Both the position numbers and the translations under genes were made by a program. 64,000 nucleotides of DNA from Caecitellus pseudoparvulus (lineage: Eukaryota > Protista > Bigyra: Bicosoecida), in NCBI GenBank assembly GCA_965644315.1, contig CBFFRQ010000043.1:1-64000 (forward strand), written 5' to 3'. Every line of letters begins with the position of its first letter. Position 1 is the stretch's first letter. A model generated the notes under the pieces. The model did no database searches and was not told the DNA's origin. It worked only from the letters and a program-made list of their open reading frames with translations. Positions 8,818 through 17,925 of the stretch are shown here, piece after piece.

Positions 8818-11800
8818 GTGACCCCTACCGAAGTGCTGACACTTGAGGGCTGCCCCAGGAAGCCAGGGGTCCTCCCAAGAATCCCTCTTGCCGATGACAG
8901 TGCCCTTGCCCCACTTCTGGCGGGGGACCATGTCTTCAGCAATGTGGATGGGCAACACTGTGTACAGGCATGTGTGGAAACAGCTATAGGGGAAAAGCTT
9001 CTTACAACCGAGGACCTTGTGCTGCTGCAGCATGCAGCTGCGATCCAAAGTGCACAGCGAGCGTACGCATCTCTGCGCAGCATGAAGCAGGTTGCGGCTG
9101 GAGACTCATCTGACTCTGATGTACAAGCTATTCCGATGGCTAACACGACTGCTGAAGAGTCTCCAGAAGATGATCTTGAACTTTTCACCCGCCTCCTTCG
9201 ACGGTTCTCCCCTCCCGATGCATCCATTCAGACTGCCATGCCCCCAGTCCTTCTTCCAGGGCTGCACACACTATTGGAAGAACTGAACTATGACTACGTG
9301 CAACTCAACGGAGGCGGTCCCCAGATCAGAGGAGAGGTCGGTGTTAGCTCTGCAAGGACGAAAGGCGACCATGCTGAGCTCTTTCAGAATGTGCACTTTG
9401 CGTTTGCGTTGTCGGCGCCAGATGGATCAGAGATGGCTCACCTCATGTTGATCTTGGTAGACCCACAGCGGAATGAGCTTGTGCTATGGAACCCAGACGA
9501 ACCAACACAAAGCACATCCATCCCAATGGTCAACTGTATGGACCATCTGCACTCCCAAGGGATCGACACTGTCTACAGAGTTTCAGCAAAGAAGCATACG
9601 GGAGCCCCCACTTCTCTCCGGGACCGAGTGAGAAGAGCCCTCCTGAAGCTCAAAGAGCGATACCCACCCTTTCCGTTCGTGGATGCGGAGGGGATGGTCC
9701 ACATGAAGACCTACATCGCAAGCCGATCTACACGGATCACCATGCCAACTGGTCGCCCAACCCGAAAGCAAGCCGCATCAGAACAATACGTCAGAGAGCA
9801 TGATCCACTCCTGCAACTCATACCCAGTCCGTCTCCACCACTCAAGACAGACTGGACGCAGAGTCCACATACCCCAATCGGCCGTGCAGCCACGACCCAA
9901 GTCGCTCTTGTCTCATGGAACGTCGCTGGGGCAGGGGGGCAACACCTACATGAGCTGATCCTGTGCACAAAGTCAGTTATCAAGCGGTCAGCACGCCTGG
10001 TTATGTGTCTCACTGAGCCAGGTGGACGTGGAGTCCTGGACACTGAGGTGATGGGGCTTCAGTGTTTTCGTCCCAGCCCACCCGAACGACCTCCAGGCAG
10101 AAGCGAGGTAGCTATGCTTGTCGATAGCCGGCTGAATGCCTCCCTTCTCCCAGGACTAGGGCTTGATGGCCGCTGTTTGGTAGCCTGCTCCATCCCCTGC
10201 AAGCCCTTGCCTCTTGCTGTGATCGGAGCGTATGTCCCGAATTGGCATACAGCCCAAAGGAAGAAGGCGCTTGCAGACCCCGACACCAAACTCCCACACC
10301 GGCAGGAGATGTGGGAGCAGCTTACCCATGCTGTTCAATCACTACGCCACACCCACATGATAGCGCTCATGGGAGACTTGAACTGTCACCCTGGCGACTC
10401 TGGCATGAAGTGCTGGGACACAGAGGCGTGGGAAAACAGGACAGGAGTTCCCGATCCTACAGATGATGTTGGAGTACTCGATGCACTTTGCAGAGAAGGG
10501 GGGCTCCAGCCAGCGGGGAAGAGTGGGGACTCAACACAGGCGACGTTCAAGCGTGCCCTTGATCATGTACTCATCTGTCCAAGGCTGATGCACCACCTAA
10601 GACAGCCGTTAAAAGTGACAACCACATTCTCTCGCTCAGGCAAACGAAACCCAGCCAAGATGGAGCTGAGCGACCATCACCTTCTGTCAGTCATAGTTGC
10701 TGTCAAGCTGAAGGGGCAAGCAAGGAAACTTCGCTCAACCCATCGCCAAGCCACTGCCCCTCCTTGGTGGCCGTCTGCAACGCCAGAAGGATCAAACGCC
10801 CAACTCCACTTCAGAACTGCGGTCAAGCAGTCACTGGAGACTGCCCTGGCAGCGCCACTTGCAGACTCGTCGAAGCAGCTTACAGAGCTGGATGACATCA
10901 TTGGCCTTGCAGCTCGCGACACCCACTCGCACTGCAAGGTGTTGAGCACAGAACATCTCCAAGTACTCACGCATGTGCGATCACTCAGCTCACAAAAGAA
11001 GAAGCTGACCGCGAAGGTGTCCCGCCTCCGAAAGAAGCTCGATCGTACCCGGCGACATCACGCACTTCTGCGAGGCGCAACGGATGAGGTCCGGAAGAGG
11101 AAAGCACGCTCCTTGTGGGAACAGCAGCAGATGCTGAACGAAGACATTGACGCCACGCAGCGTCTGCGAAAACAAGCAATGAGAAAATGCTCGAGACTCG
11201 CAGCCAAGAAGCACCGATCTGCACTCCGCCAAGTGAAGCAAAGGCTCCGTGAGCTGATTCATGTTGATCCCTTTGCGGCGCATACACACATACGCCGTCT
11301 GTCTGGGCGGGGTCGGCGCACCTCCTCAACTCCACTGCAAGCGGTGTACAACACGGAAGGGTTCCTCGTTACGAGCCCCGACGAGGTCAAGGCCACCGTT
11401 CGTGAACAGATGGCCGACATCATTGGACCCAGACAGCAGCAGGTGATTCCCCTCGAGTTCGGACTATCCAGGTTCCTACCAACAAACTGCGCACACTTCG
11501 TGCCACCAGAAACGTGGCTTCCAGTGACAGACGTGGCTGTCTCTCATATCGACAAGCTAAGCCTTCATCGAAGTCCCGGACCAGGACATTACCAAGCCGA
11601 GCACCTGAAGTACTCACCGCTACCCGTGAAGCGAAAGTACGCGAGGGTTCTACTAGATGCCTTGCAGCAAGGCCAGCCACCAGCTACCTACCACAGTGGG
11701 GTTGGCACACTTCTCCCAAAGAAGACCAGCAAGCCAGGCCGAGTCTGCACGTATAGACTCATAGTGTGCCGTCCTCCGCAGGCGAAGCTTTTCTTCTCCC

Positions 11801-14340
11801 TGGTTGCGACCTGTGTCGAAAGCTGGATGAAGACTTGGATATCCAAAGAGCAGGCAGGCTTTACACGTACTCGAAACACCCATGAGCAAATCCTTGCACT
11901 GCAGGAGGCTGCGAATGAGTACGTAAGGGTCTCTGCTGGGCGGTCTGTTCTGATCCTGTTTGTCGATTTCAAGGGAGCATTTGACACAGTCAGTCACTCG
12001 GCCATCCTTGAGATCCTCACGGCTGCTCATCTTCCCCAACCCCTACTGGCCTGTGTCAAAGACTACATGACGCGAGCAAGCGTCGCCATACACACTGCAC
12101 ATGGTCTTTGCGATCCGATACCGGTCACGAACGGTGTTCCCCAGGGCGGCGCACTCTCTCCTCTCCTGTTCAAGATCGCTATTGACATTCTGTCTCAGCG
12201 GCTTCATGAGCTTCCCTACCAAGGCATTGTTGGAGCAGGAATCAGAACTCCCCATGGCCACATCACGCATACACTGTATGCTGATGACCTTGCATGTGTG
12301 GCCACTTCCCCTGCCGCGCTGCTCCGAATGTTCCAGGAAGTGAAAGCTCTTGGCGAGCGTGTGGGGCTTGCCATCAACCCAGGGAAATCAGGAGTCATGA
12401 TCGTCACAAGTGCCTCAGCCAGCCGTGGGGTTTCTGCAACAGAGCGGCGTAAGGGCCTGTGGAGATCAAAGTGGCTCAAGTCAGGCTCCATGTTGAAGGT
12501 GAAAGGCGTCCCTATCCAGCGGACAAGCACCTATACCTACCTTGGGGCACCACTGTCAGACAACACCAACCGCACCAGACTCCTTGCGATCAGACAGGCC
12601 AGCATCTCATGCTGTCAAGCGGGCTTCTCCTGTGGAGCCCTGCTGAGTAGTAGGTGGCTGGACGTCAACCTGAAGCACCGAATGAGCGCGGCCTCCATCA
12701 CAAGCGCAGCAGACTATATCCTTGCGACCCAAGTTCGGAACTCAGTCCTCCCCCTCCGAGATGTTGACCGGGGACTTGCCAAAGCACTAAGCAAATCCCA
12801 CCTTGGCATGCAGAGCTCGCTCATGCGCATGCACAATTTCTCCAAGCTGGCTGTCTGTGGGATTCTACCTGCACACATCCGAGCTACCAAGCACAGGGTC
12901 AACATCTTCAGGAGACTACTGAAAGGGATCAATCAAAGCACCCCAGCAGCAATCGCTCTCAAGTACACCCTCCCCGATGCCATCGAACGCCTGCCAACCG
13001 ATGTGGACATGCAGCTCGTCTTGAGGACCAATATTAGCCTGGACAAGCCTGCTCCAAATGGTGTGCCAGACTCTTGGGCTCTGCACGGCTTGCTCGACTT
13101 GTGGCTCTACGGAGCACTCCCAGACAGAGCGGATGTACTGTGTTACTGCACCCCAGCTGATGAAGAAGAAGTGAGCTTGGACTGTGGTCTCGATGTCTGC
13201 CGAGGCATGGATGCACTTCCGTTGAAGGTGGAGCTTCTTGGTCTTGCAGCCGCAGAGTCCAGCTCGTTCCTTTGTGCACCGGTCTTCGCAGCGTCCACAC
13301 CTTGGGCAACACGTCAGCGCATCATTGAGTCGTATCAGCACATCGCACCAACAGTGACCTGTCCAGAAGTTCAGTACTCTACCACAAGCGAGATTCCGCG
13401 AGCACGACGTCCAAAGCCCTACCACGTTGGACCTGGCGCACGGCTCTTCGTTTGGCTCCATCCCATCCCCTCGGCTGCGAGCCCACTCCTCTGGGCCTGC
13501 GAAGAAGAGCAGGAAAAGCGAGTAAAGGTTCACCTGTGGCAGACTTTGCAGGTGCTACACGGCGACGACTTCCCAACCTGCTTCAGAGAGTGCCCTCTCT
13601 GCCAGAGCCGCATGTGGCCTAGCCTTCACGAGCACATCTTGCTTTCCTGCACACACCCTCCACTGGCTGAGTCTAGAACAGCAGCTCTCAAAAGCACCCT
13701 TCAACTCGCACTTCAATCTGCGGAAGAAGCTTCACGCAAGCCCCGACCTTGTCGCGTTGCTGTCCCTCAACTTCTGGTTGCAGCTCTGCATCGCTGGGAA
13801 GCGGGCCTCTATCTCCGCACCCCGGAGCGGAAGGTCATGCTCCGCTTCCTTCTCTGTGGTCAATGGCCCTTCCGTTGGGGCACGGCGGCTGACCTGCAAC
13901 TTGTGTCGAAGGAGGAGGCATCCGTGCTCTCGAACCCACACCTGACCTTCCGCAACTCTGCCGGGCCACTCCTCCCTCCTTCCTGCTGGAAACAAATGGT
14001 GGCGAAGGCGGCCGACTTCTCATCAACTGCGTGGGACGAATGTGTGAAGCGTATGCTCAAACTCACCTCTCAAGAGTTTCTACCTGTGCAAAAGCATGCA
14101 CGGTATCTGTGGTGGGCGGCGCATGGGCGGGGAAGTACACTACCTGGGTCGTCAAGACCTCTCCCAAGTGCGGTAAGCAAACACACCGCCAGGGTCCGGG
14201 CGAGGCGGTTTGAGCGTACATACTTCCCCGTGCGCACGGAGCGGCGCGCTCCGCGCTCCTTCAGTGCGCAGTCCACGCTGTTTGATGTTGGTGTTTCCAG
14301 GCCCGACATACCATCCAGTCCGGGTTCTGACTTGGAGTAG
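8818..14340 (+). CDS. Non-LTR retrotransposon polyprotein: putative Cys protease (~8930-9890), APE endonuclease (~9900-10710), reverse transcriptase (~11560-12560), CCHC knuckle (~13590-13650)
   Basis: APE motifs SWNVAG, LTE, AYVP, GDLN, LDHV, SDH. RT motifs SPGP, YRLI, QAGF, DFKGAFD, GVPQGGALSPLLF, YADD (12277), GLAINPGKS, YLG. Knuckle CPLC...H...C. No stops or frameshifts; no ATG before the protease Cys. Confidence 0.96.
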   Translation: MTPTEVLTLEGCPRKPGVLPRIPLADDSALAPLLAGDHVFSNVDGQHCVQACVETAIGEKLLTTEDLVLLQHAAAIQSAQRAYASLRSMKQVAAGDSSDSDVQAIPMANTTAEESPEDDLELFTRLLRRFSPPDASIQTAMPPVLLPGLHTLLEELNYDYVQLNGGGPQIRGEVGVSSARTKGDHAELFQNVHFAFALSAPDGSEMAHLMLILVDPQRNELVLWNPDEPTQSTSIPMVNCMDHLHSQGIDTVYRVSAKKHTGAPTSLRDRVRRALLKLKERYPPFPFVDAEGMVHMKTYIASRSTRITMPTGRPTRKQAASEQYVREHDPLLQLIPSPSPPLKTDWTQSPHTPIGRAATTQVALVSWNVAGAGGQHLHELILCTKSVIKRSARLVMCLTEPGGRGVLDTEVMGLQCFRPSPPERPPGRSEVAMLVDSRLNASLLPGLGLDGRCLVACSIPCKPLPLAVIGAYVPNWHTAQRKKALADPDTKLPHRQEMWEQLTHAVQSLRHTHMIALMGDLNCHPGDSGMKCWDTEAWENRTGVPDPTDDVGVLDALCREGGLQPAGKSGDSTQATFKRALDHVLICPRLMHHLRQPLKVTTTFSRSGKRNPAKMELSDHHLLSVIVAVKLKGQARKLRSTHRQATAPPWWPSATPEGSNAQLHFRTAVKQSLETALAAPLADSSKQLTELDDIIGLAARDTHSHCKVLSTEHLQVLTHVRSLSSQKKKLTAKVSRLRKKLDRTRRHHALLRGATDEVRKRKARSLWEQQQMLNEDIDATQRLRKQAMRKCSRLAAKKHRSALRQVKQRLRELIHVDPFAAHTHIRRLSGRGRRTSSTPLQAVYNTEGFLVTSPDEVKATVREQMADIIGPRQQQVIPLEFGLSRFLPTNCAHFVPPETWLPVTDVAVSHIDKLSLHRSPGPGHYQAEHLKYSPLPVKRKYARVLLDALQQGQPPATYHSGVGTLLPKKTSKPGRVCTYRLIVCRPPQAKLFFSLVATCVESWMKTWISKEQAGFTRTRNTHEQILALQEAANEYVRVSAGRSVLILFVDFKGAFDTVSHSAILEILTAAHLPQPLLACVKDYMTRASVAIHTAHGLCDPIPVTNGVPQGGALSPLLFKIAIDILSQRLHELPYQGIVGAGIRTPHGHITHTLYADDLACVATSPAALLRMFQEVKALGERVGLAINPGKSGVMIVTSASASRGVSATERRKGLWRSKWLKSGSMLKVKGVPIQRTSTYTYLGAPLSDNTNRTRLLAIRQASISCCQAGFSCGALLSSRWLDVNLKHRMSAASITSAADYILATQVRNSVLPLRDVDRGLAKALSKSHLGMQSSLMRMHNFSKLAVCGILPAHIRATKHRVNIFRRLLKGINQSTPAAIALKYTLPDAIERLPTDVDMQLVLRTNISLDKPAPNGVPDSWALHGLLDLWLYGALPDRADVLCYCTPADEEEVSLDCGLDVCRGMDALPLKVELLGLAAAESSSFLCAPVFAASTPWATRQRIIESYQHIAPTVTCPEVQYSTTSEIPRARRPKPYHVGPGARLFVWLHPIPSAASPLLWACEEEQEKRVKVHLWQTLQVLHGDDFPTCFRECPLCQSRMWPSLHEHILLSCTHPPLAESRTAALKSTLQLALQSAEEASRKPRPCRVAVPQLLVAALHRWEAGLYLRTPERKVMLRFLLCGQWPFRWGTAADLQLVSKEEASVLSNPHLTFRNSAGPLLPPSCWKQMVAKAADFSSTAWDECVKRMLKLTSQEFLPVQKHARYLWWAAHGRGSTLPGSSRPLPSAVSKHTARVRARRFERTYFPVRTERRAPRSFSAQSTLFDVGVSRPDIPSSPGSDLE

Positions 14341-14998
14341 TCCGTGAGAATCCCCTGGTAAACGCTGGCGGATCTGTGGAAACAAGATGGAAAGGCGTGG
14401 TGAGAACCACGATGGAAACTGTGGGCTTGGAAATCTTGGCAACGCTGGCCAGGTGGCCGGCCTTCATCTTGGCTTCTTTCTGCGAAGAAGAGAGAAATAA
14501 GTCCAAGATTGACGCATGAGTACTTAGATGGAGGCCTTGGATCCATGAGAAGCCCTTTGTATCCTCCTGTGGCGGCGCGTGCGGAAGTAGCCGTGCCCCA
14601 CGCACGGGCGCAAGGCACGCCGCCACCTGGAAGAGGACTCACCAGGATCCAGCCCGTCCACAAGTACTTCATCGACCTACATGCGCAGAAAGGAGCGGAA
14701 AGAGTGTGGAACATGTCAGGAACAAGGTGTTCTTCAAGCGTTCGGCGGGGCAGGCAGCGCGTGGTGCTGCCAAGTGCACTGCCCCACCGTGAAACGCCCC
14801 CACCTGTCCCGGGCACTGAGGCCCATGTAGGGCCCACAGTGGGACGAAGTCCCGGGCCCGAGTCGGAAACCGGCCCGGGATAATGGGGGAAGTTGAATTG
14901 TGAACTGATGGAATGTCTGAGTGGGTTGCGCTGGCTGCGCACCCCCCCCACGAGACCGAGCTCTGGCCCCCTCGCGGGCATGTGGACCTTTCTACCAA

Positions 14999-15210
14999 GG
15001 GGCGGGCGTTGAAACGCCCTAGCGAAGCGGCGGCTTATACAACGGACTCACGTCTGTGCTGGCTGCAGATCCATTAACATGGTAGCCGCTGTGGTGTACA
15101 TCGTGGCGCATTCGTGCGCGACGGTGAGCAGGACACCACGTGTGATGCCCCAGCTGCACCGCGCCTGTGGCAAGCGTGGAAGCGAATTGCAATGCATTGA
15201 ACTGTCTAAC
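14999..15210 (+). other. Conserved structured 3'-terminal RNA element of family B (also in B2 and B3)
   Basis: ggggcgggcgttgaaacgccc, cttatacaacggac..gtctgtgct, gtggtgt..acaccac and tgcaatgcattga are shared with A. Confidence 0.75.
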
Positions 15211-15216
15211 CCTAAC
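15206..15216 (+). repeat. Interstitial telomeric remnant CTAACCCTAAC at the B1/B2 junction
   Basis: Directly seen between the B1 3' end and the truncated B2 start. Confidence 0.85.
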
Positions 15217-15693
15217 CTTCAAGTGTTCGGCGGGGCAGGCAGTGCGTGATGCTGCCAGGTGCACTGCCCCACTGCGAAACGCCCCCACTTGTCCCGGGCA
15301 CTGAGGCCCATGTAGGGCCCACAGTGGGACGAAGTCCCGGGCCCGAGTCGGAAACCGGCCCGGGATAATGGGGGAAGTTGAATTGTAAGCTGATGGAATG
15401 TCTGAGTGGGTGGCGCTGGCTGCGCACCCCCCCAAGAGACCGAGCTCTGGCCCCCTCGCGGGCATGTGGACCTTCTTTCGAAGGGGCGGGCGTTGAAACG
15501 CCCTAGCGAAGCGGCGGCTTATACAACGGACTCACGTCTGTGCTGGCTGCAGATCCATTAACATGGTAGCCGCTGTGGTGTACACCGGAGCGCACTCGTG
15601 TGCGACGGTGAGCAGGACACCACGTGTGATGCCCCAGCTGCACCGCGCCTGTGGCAAGCGTGGAAGCGAATTGCAATGCATTGACTGTCTAAC
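15217..15693 (+). mobile_element. Family B copy B2, 3' UTR-only fragment, slightly diverged variant
   Basis: Aligns to B1 14732-15210 with scattered substitutions and small indels; ends in CTAAC. Confidence 0.92.
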
Positions 15694-15695
15694 CG

Positions 15696-16951
15696 GCAAC
15701 TCTGCCGGGCCACTCCTCCCTCCTTCCTGCTGGAAACAAATGGTGGCGAAGGCGGCCGACTTCTCATCAACTGCGTGGGACGAATGTGTGAAGCGTATGC
15801 TCAAACTCACCTCTCAAGAGTTTCTACCTGTGCAAAAGCATGCACGGTATCTGTGGTGGGCGGCGCATGGGCGGGGAAGTACACTACCTGGGTCGTCAAG
15901 ACCTCTCCCAAGTGCGGTAAGCAAACACACCGCCAGGGTCCGGGCGAGGCGGTTTGAGCGTACATACTTCCCCGTGCGCACGGAGCGGCGCGCTCCGCGC
16001 TCCTTCAGTGCGCAGTCCACGCTGTTTGATGTTGGTGTTTCCAGGCCCGACATACCATCCAGTCCGGGTTCTGACTTGCAATAGTCCGTGAGAATCCCCT
16101 GGTAAACGCTGGCGGATCTGTGGAAACAAGATGGAAAGGCGTGGTGAGAACCACGATGGAAACTGTGGGCTTGGAAATCTTGGCAACGCTGGCCAGGTGG
16201 CCGGCCTTCATCTTGGCTTCTTTCTGCGAAGAAGAGAGAAATAAGTCCAAGATTGACGCATGAGTACTTAGATGGAGGCCTTGGATCCATGAGAAGCCCT
16301 TTGTATCCTCCTGTGGCGGCGCGTGCGGAAGTAGCCGTGCCCCACGCACGGGCGCAAGGCACGCCGCCACCTGGAAGAGGACTCACCAGGATCCAGCCCG
16401 TCCACAAGTACTTCATCGACCTACATGCGCAGAAAGGAGCGGAAAGAGTGTGGAACATGTCAGGAACAAGGTGTTCTTCAAGCGTTCGGCGGGGCAGGCA
16501 GCGCGTGGTGCTGCCAAGTGCACTGCCCCACCGTGAAACGCCCCCACCTGTCCCGGGCACTGAGGCCCATGTAGGGCCCACAGTGGGACGAAGTCCCGGG
16601 CCCGAGTCGGAAACCGGCCCGGGATAATGGGGGAAGTTGAATTGTGAACTGATGGAATGTCTGAGTGGGTTGCGCTGGCTGCGCACCCCCCCCACGAGAC
16701 CGAGCTCTGGCCCCCTCGCGGGCATGTGGACCTTTCTACCAAGGGGCGGGCGTTGAAACGCCCTAGCGAAGCGGCGGCTTATACAACGGACTCACGTCTG
16801 TGCTGGCTGCAGATCCATTAACATGGTAGCCGCTGTGGTGTACATCGTGGCGCATTCGTGCGCGACGGTGAGCAGGACACCACGTGTGATGCCCCAGCTG
16901 CACCGCGCCTGTGGCAAGCGTGGAAGCGAATTGCAATGCATTGAACTGTCT
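15696..16951 (+). mobile_element. Family B copy B3, 5'-truncated (ORF C-terminus plus 3' UTR), innermost element
   Basis: Near-identical to B1 13952-15207 (offset 1744). Ends at ...gaactgtct, fused directly to host coding sequence. Confidence 0.93.
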
Positions 16952-17925
16952 CCGCTCGTGAGAAGCACGCACGTGTGGCTCTGTCCTGCAGCAACTCGTG
17001 CTGCCGCGCGTCCCCCGCCCAAATTAACTTGACCTGCAGCAGCAGGGTGCTCGTTGTCACCAATGTGGTTGAAGTTGCTGTATCCGAGCCTGCCAGAGAA
17101 TGCTGTCCCCCAGCACATGACCCCACCGTTCGTTAACACAGCACACGTGTGGCTGTCTCCAGCGGAAACCTGTGCTGCAGCAAGACCTGCACCCAGGTTG
17201 ACAGCACCTGCAGCAGATGGGTGCTCATTGTCACCAATGTTGTTGGTGTTACCATACCCAAGCCGGCCGTTTGATCCAAACCCCCAGCACATAAGCAGCC
17301 CAGTTGTCAACACTGCGCACGTGTGGCTCTTGCCTGCAGACACTTGGGCAGCGGCTGCACCAGAGCCCAAATCAACGGTTCCCGCCGCAGCTGGATCCTC
17401 AGAGGCGCCAACGTTCTCCTTATTGCCGTACCCCAGCTGGCCGGCGATGGATGAGCCCCAGCACATGACACCTCCGTCATCCAGCACAGCACAAGTGTGG
17501 CTGCCTCCTGCCGAAACTTGGGCCACGACAACACCAGCCCCAAGGTTCACATTGCCTGCAGTTTCTGGTAGCTCGTTGTCTCCGATGGGGTTCAAGTTTC
17601 CGTATCCGAGCTGCCCGCTGTAGCCTCCGCCCCAGCATCGCACCTTGCCGTCCGTCACGGCGCAGGTATGCAAGCCGCCGGAAGATAGCTGAGTGTCTTC
17701 AACAGACGTGCTCGCCAAGCGGCGATGAAGGTTGACATCATTCAGCATCAAACTGAGTCCACGAAGTGCAACGTGAGCTTCGGCGCAGCCCAACGTTGCC
17801 AGGAAGGCAGCGGAGAGCACTGCGAAACGCCACCGGCACGCTGCGCCGGCTCCTGCCCGCTTTTGCAAGTGCGCAGCGCAAGACAGACAGGCGCTAGCGC
17901 ATTGGTTCGTAGCATGGGGACCCAT
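16952..17925 (-). pseudogene. Secreted RCC1/BLIP-II repeat protein, 3'-truncated by retroelement B3 (frame reads on to a stop at 16792)
   Basis: 58-aa repeats of the form VSAGxSHTCAVLxxGxVMCWG...GxLGYGN: four complete plus the start of a fifth. Hydrophobic leader FAVLSAAFLATLGCAEA. Start uncertain (17925 or 18051). Confidence 0.8.

Larger units (their letters stand above)
8813..15210 (+). mobile_element. Telomeric autonomous-type non-LTR retrotransposon family B, copy B1 (probably 5'-truncated)
   Basis: 1840-aa EN-RT ORF plus ~870-nt 3' UTR ending ...caatgcattgaactgtCTAAC. No poly(A). The frame is open right up to the junction with A3. Confidence 0.95.

Noticed and set aside
13590-14340. Second (restriction-like) endonuclease after the CCHC knuckle, as in Dualen/RandI, or an RNase H domain
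   Set aside because: No convincing RHN or PD..(D/E)xK motifs or RNase H acidic motifs seen by eye; a profile search is needed.
8818-14340. ORF as telomerase (TERT) or a Penelope/Athena RT
   Set aside because: It has an APE domain and LINE-type RT motifs (QxGF, PQG..LSP.LF, YADD, YLG); no TERT T-motif or GIY-YIG domain.
14800-14990. Hammerhead ribozyme in the B 3' UTR (ctgatgg plus GC hairpins)
   Set aside because: The core reads CTGATGG, not CTGANGA, and there is no properly placed GAAA with supporting stems. The region is structured but unassigned.
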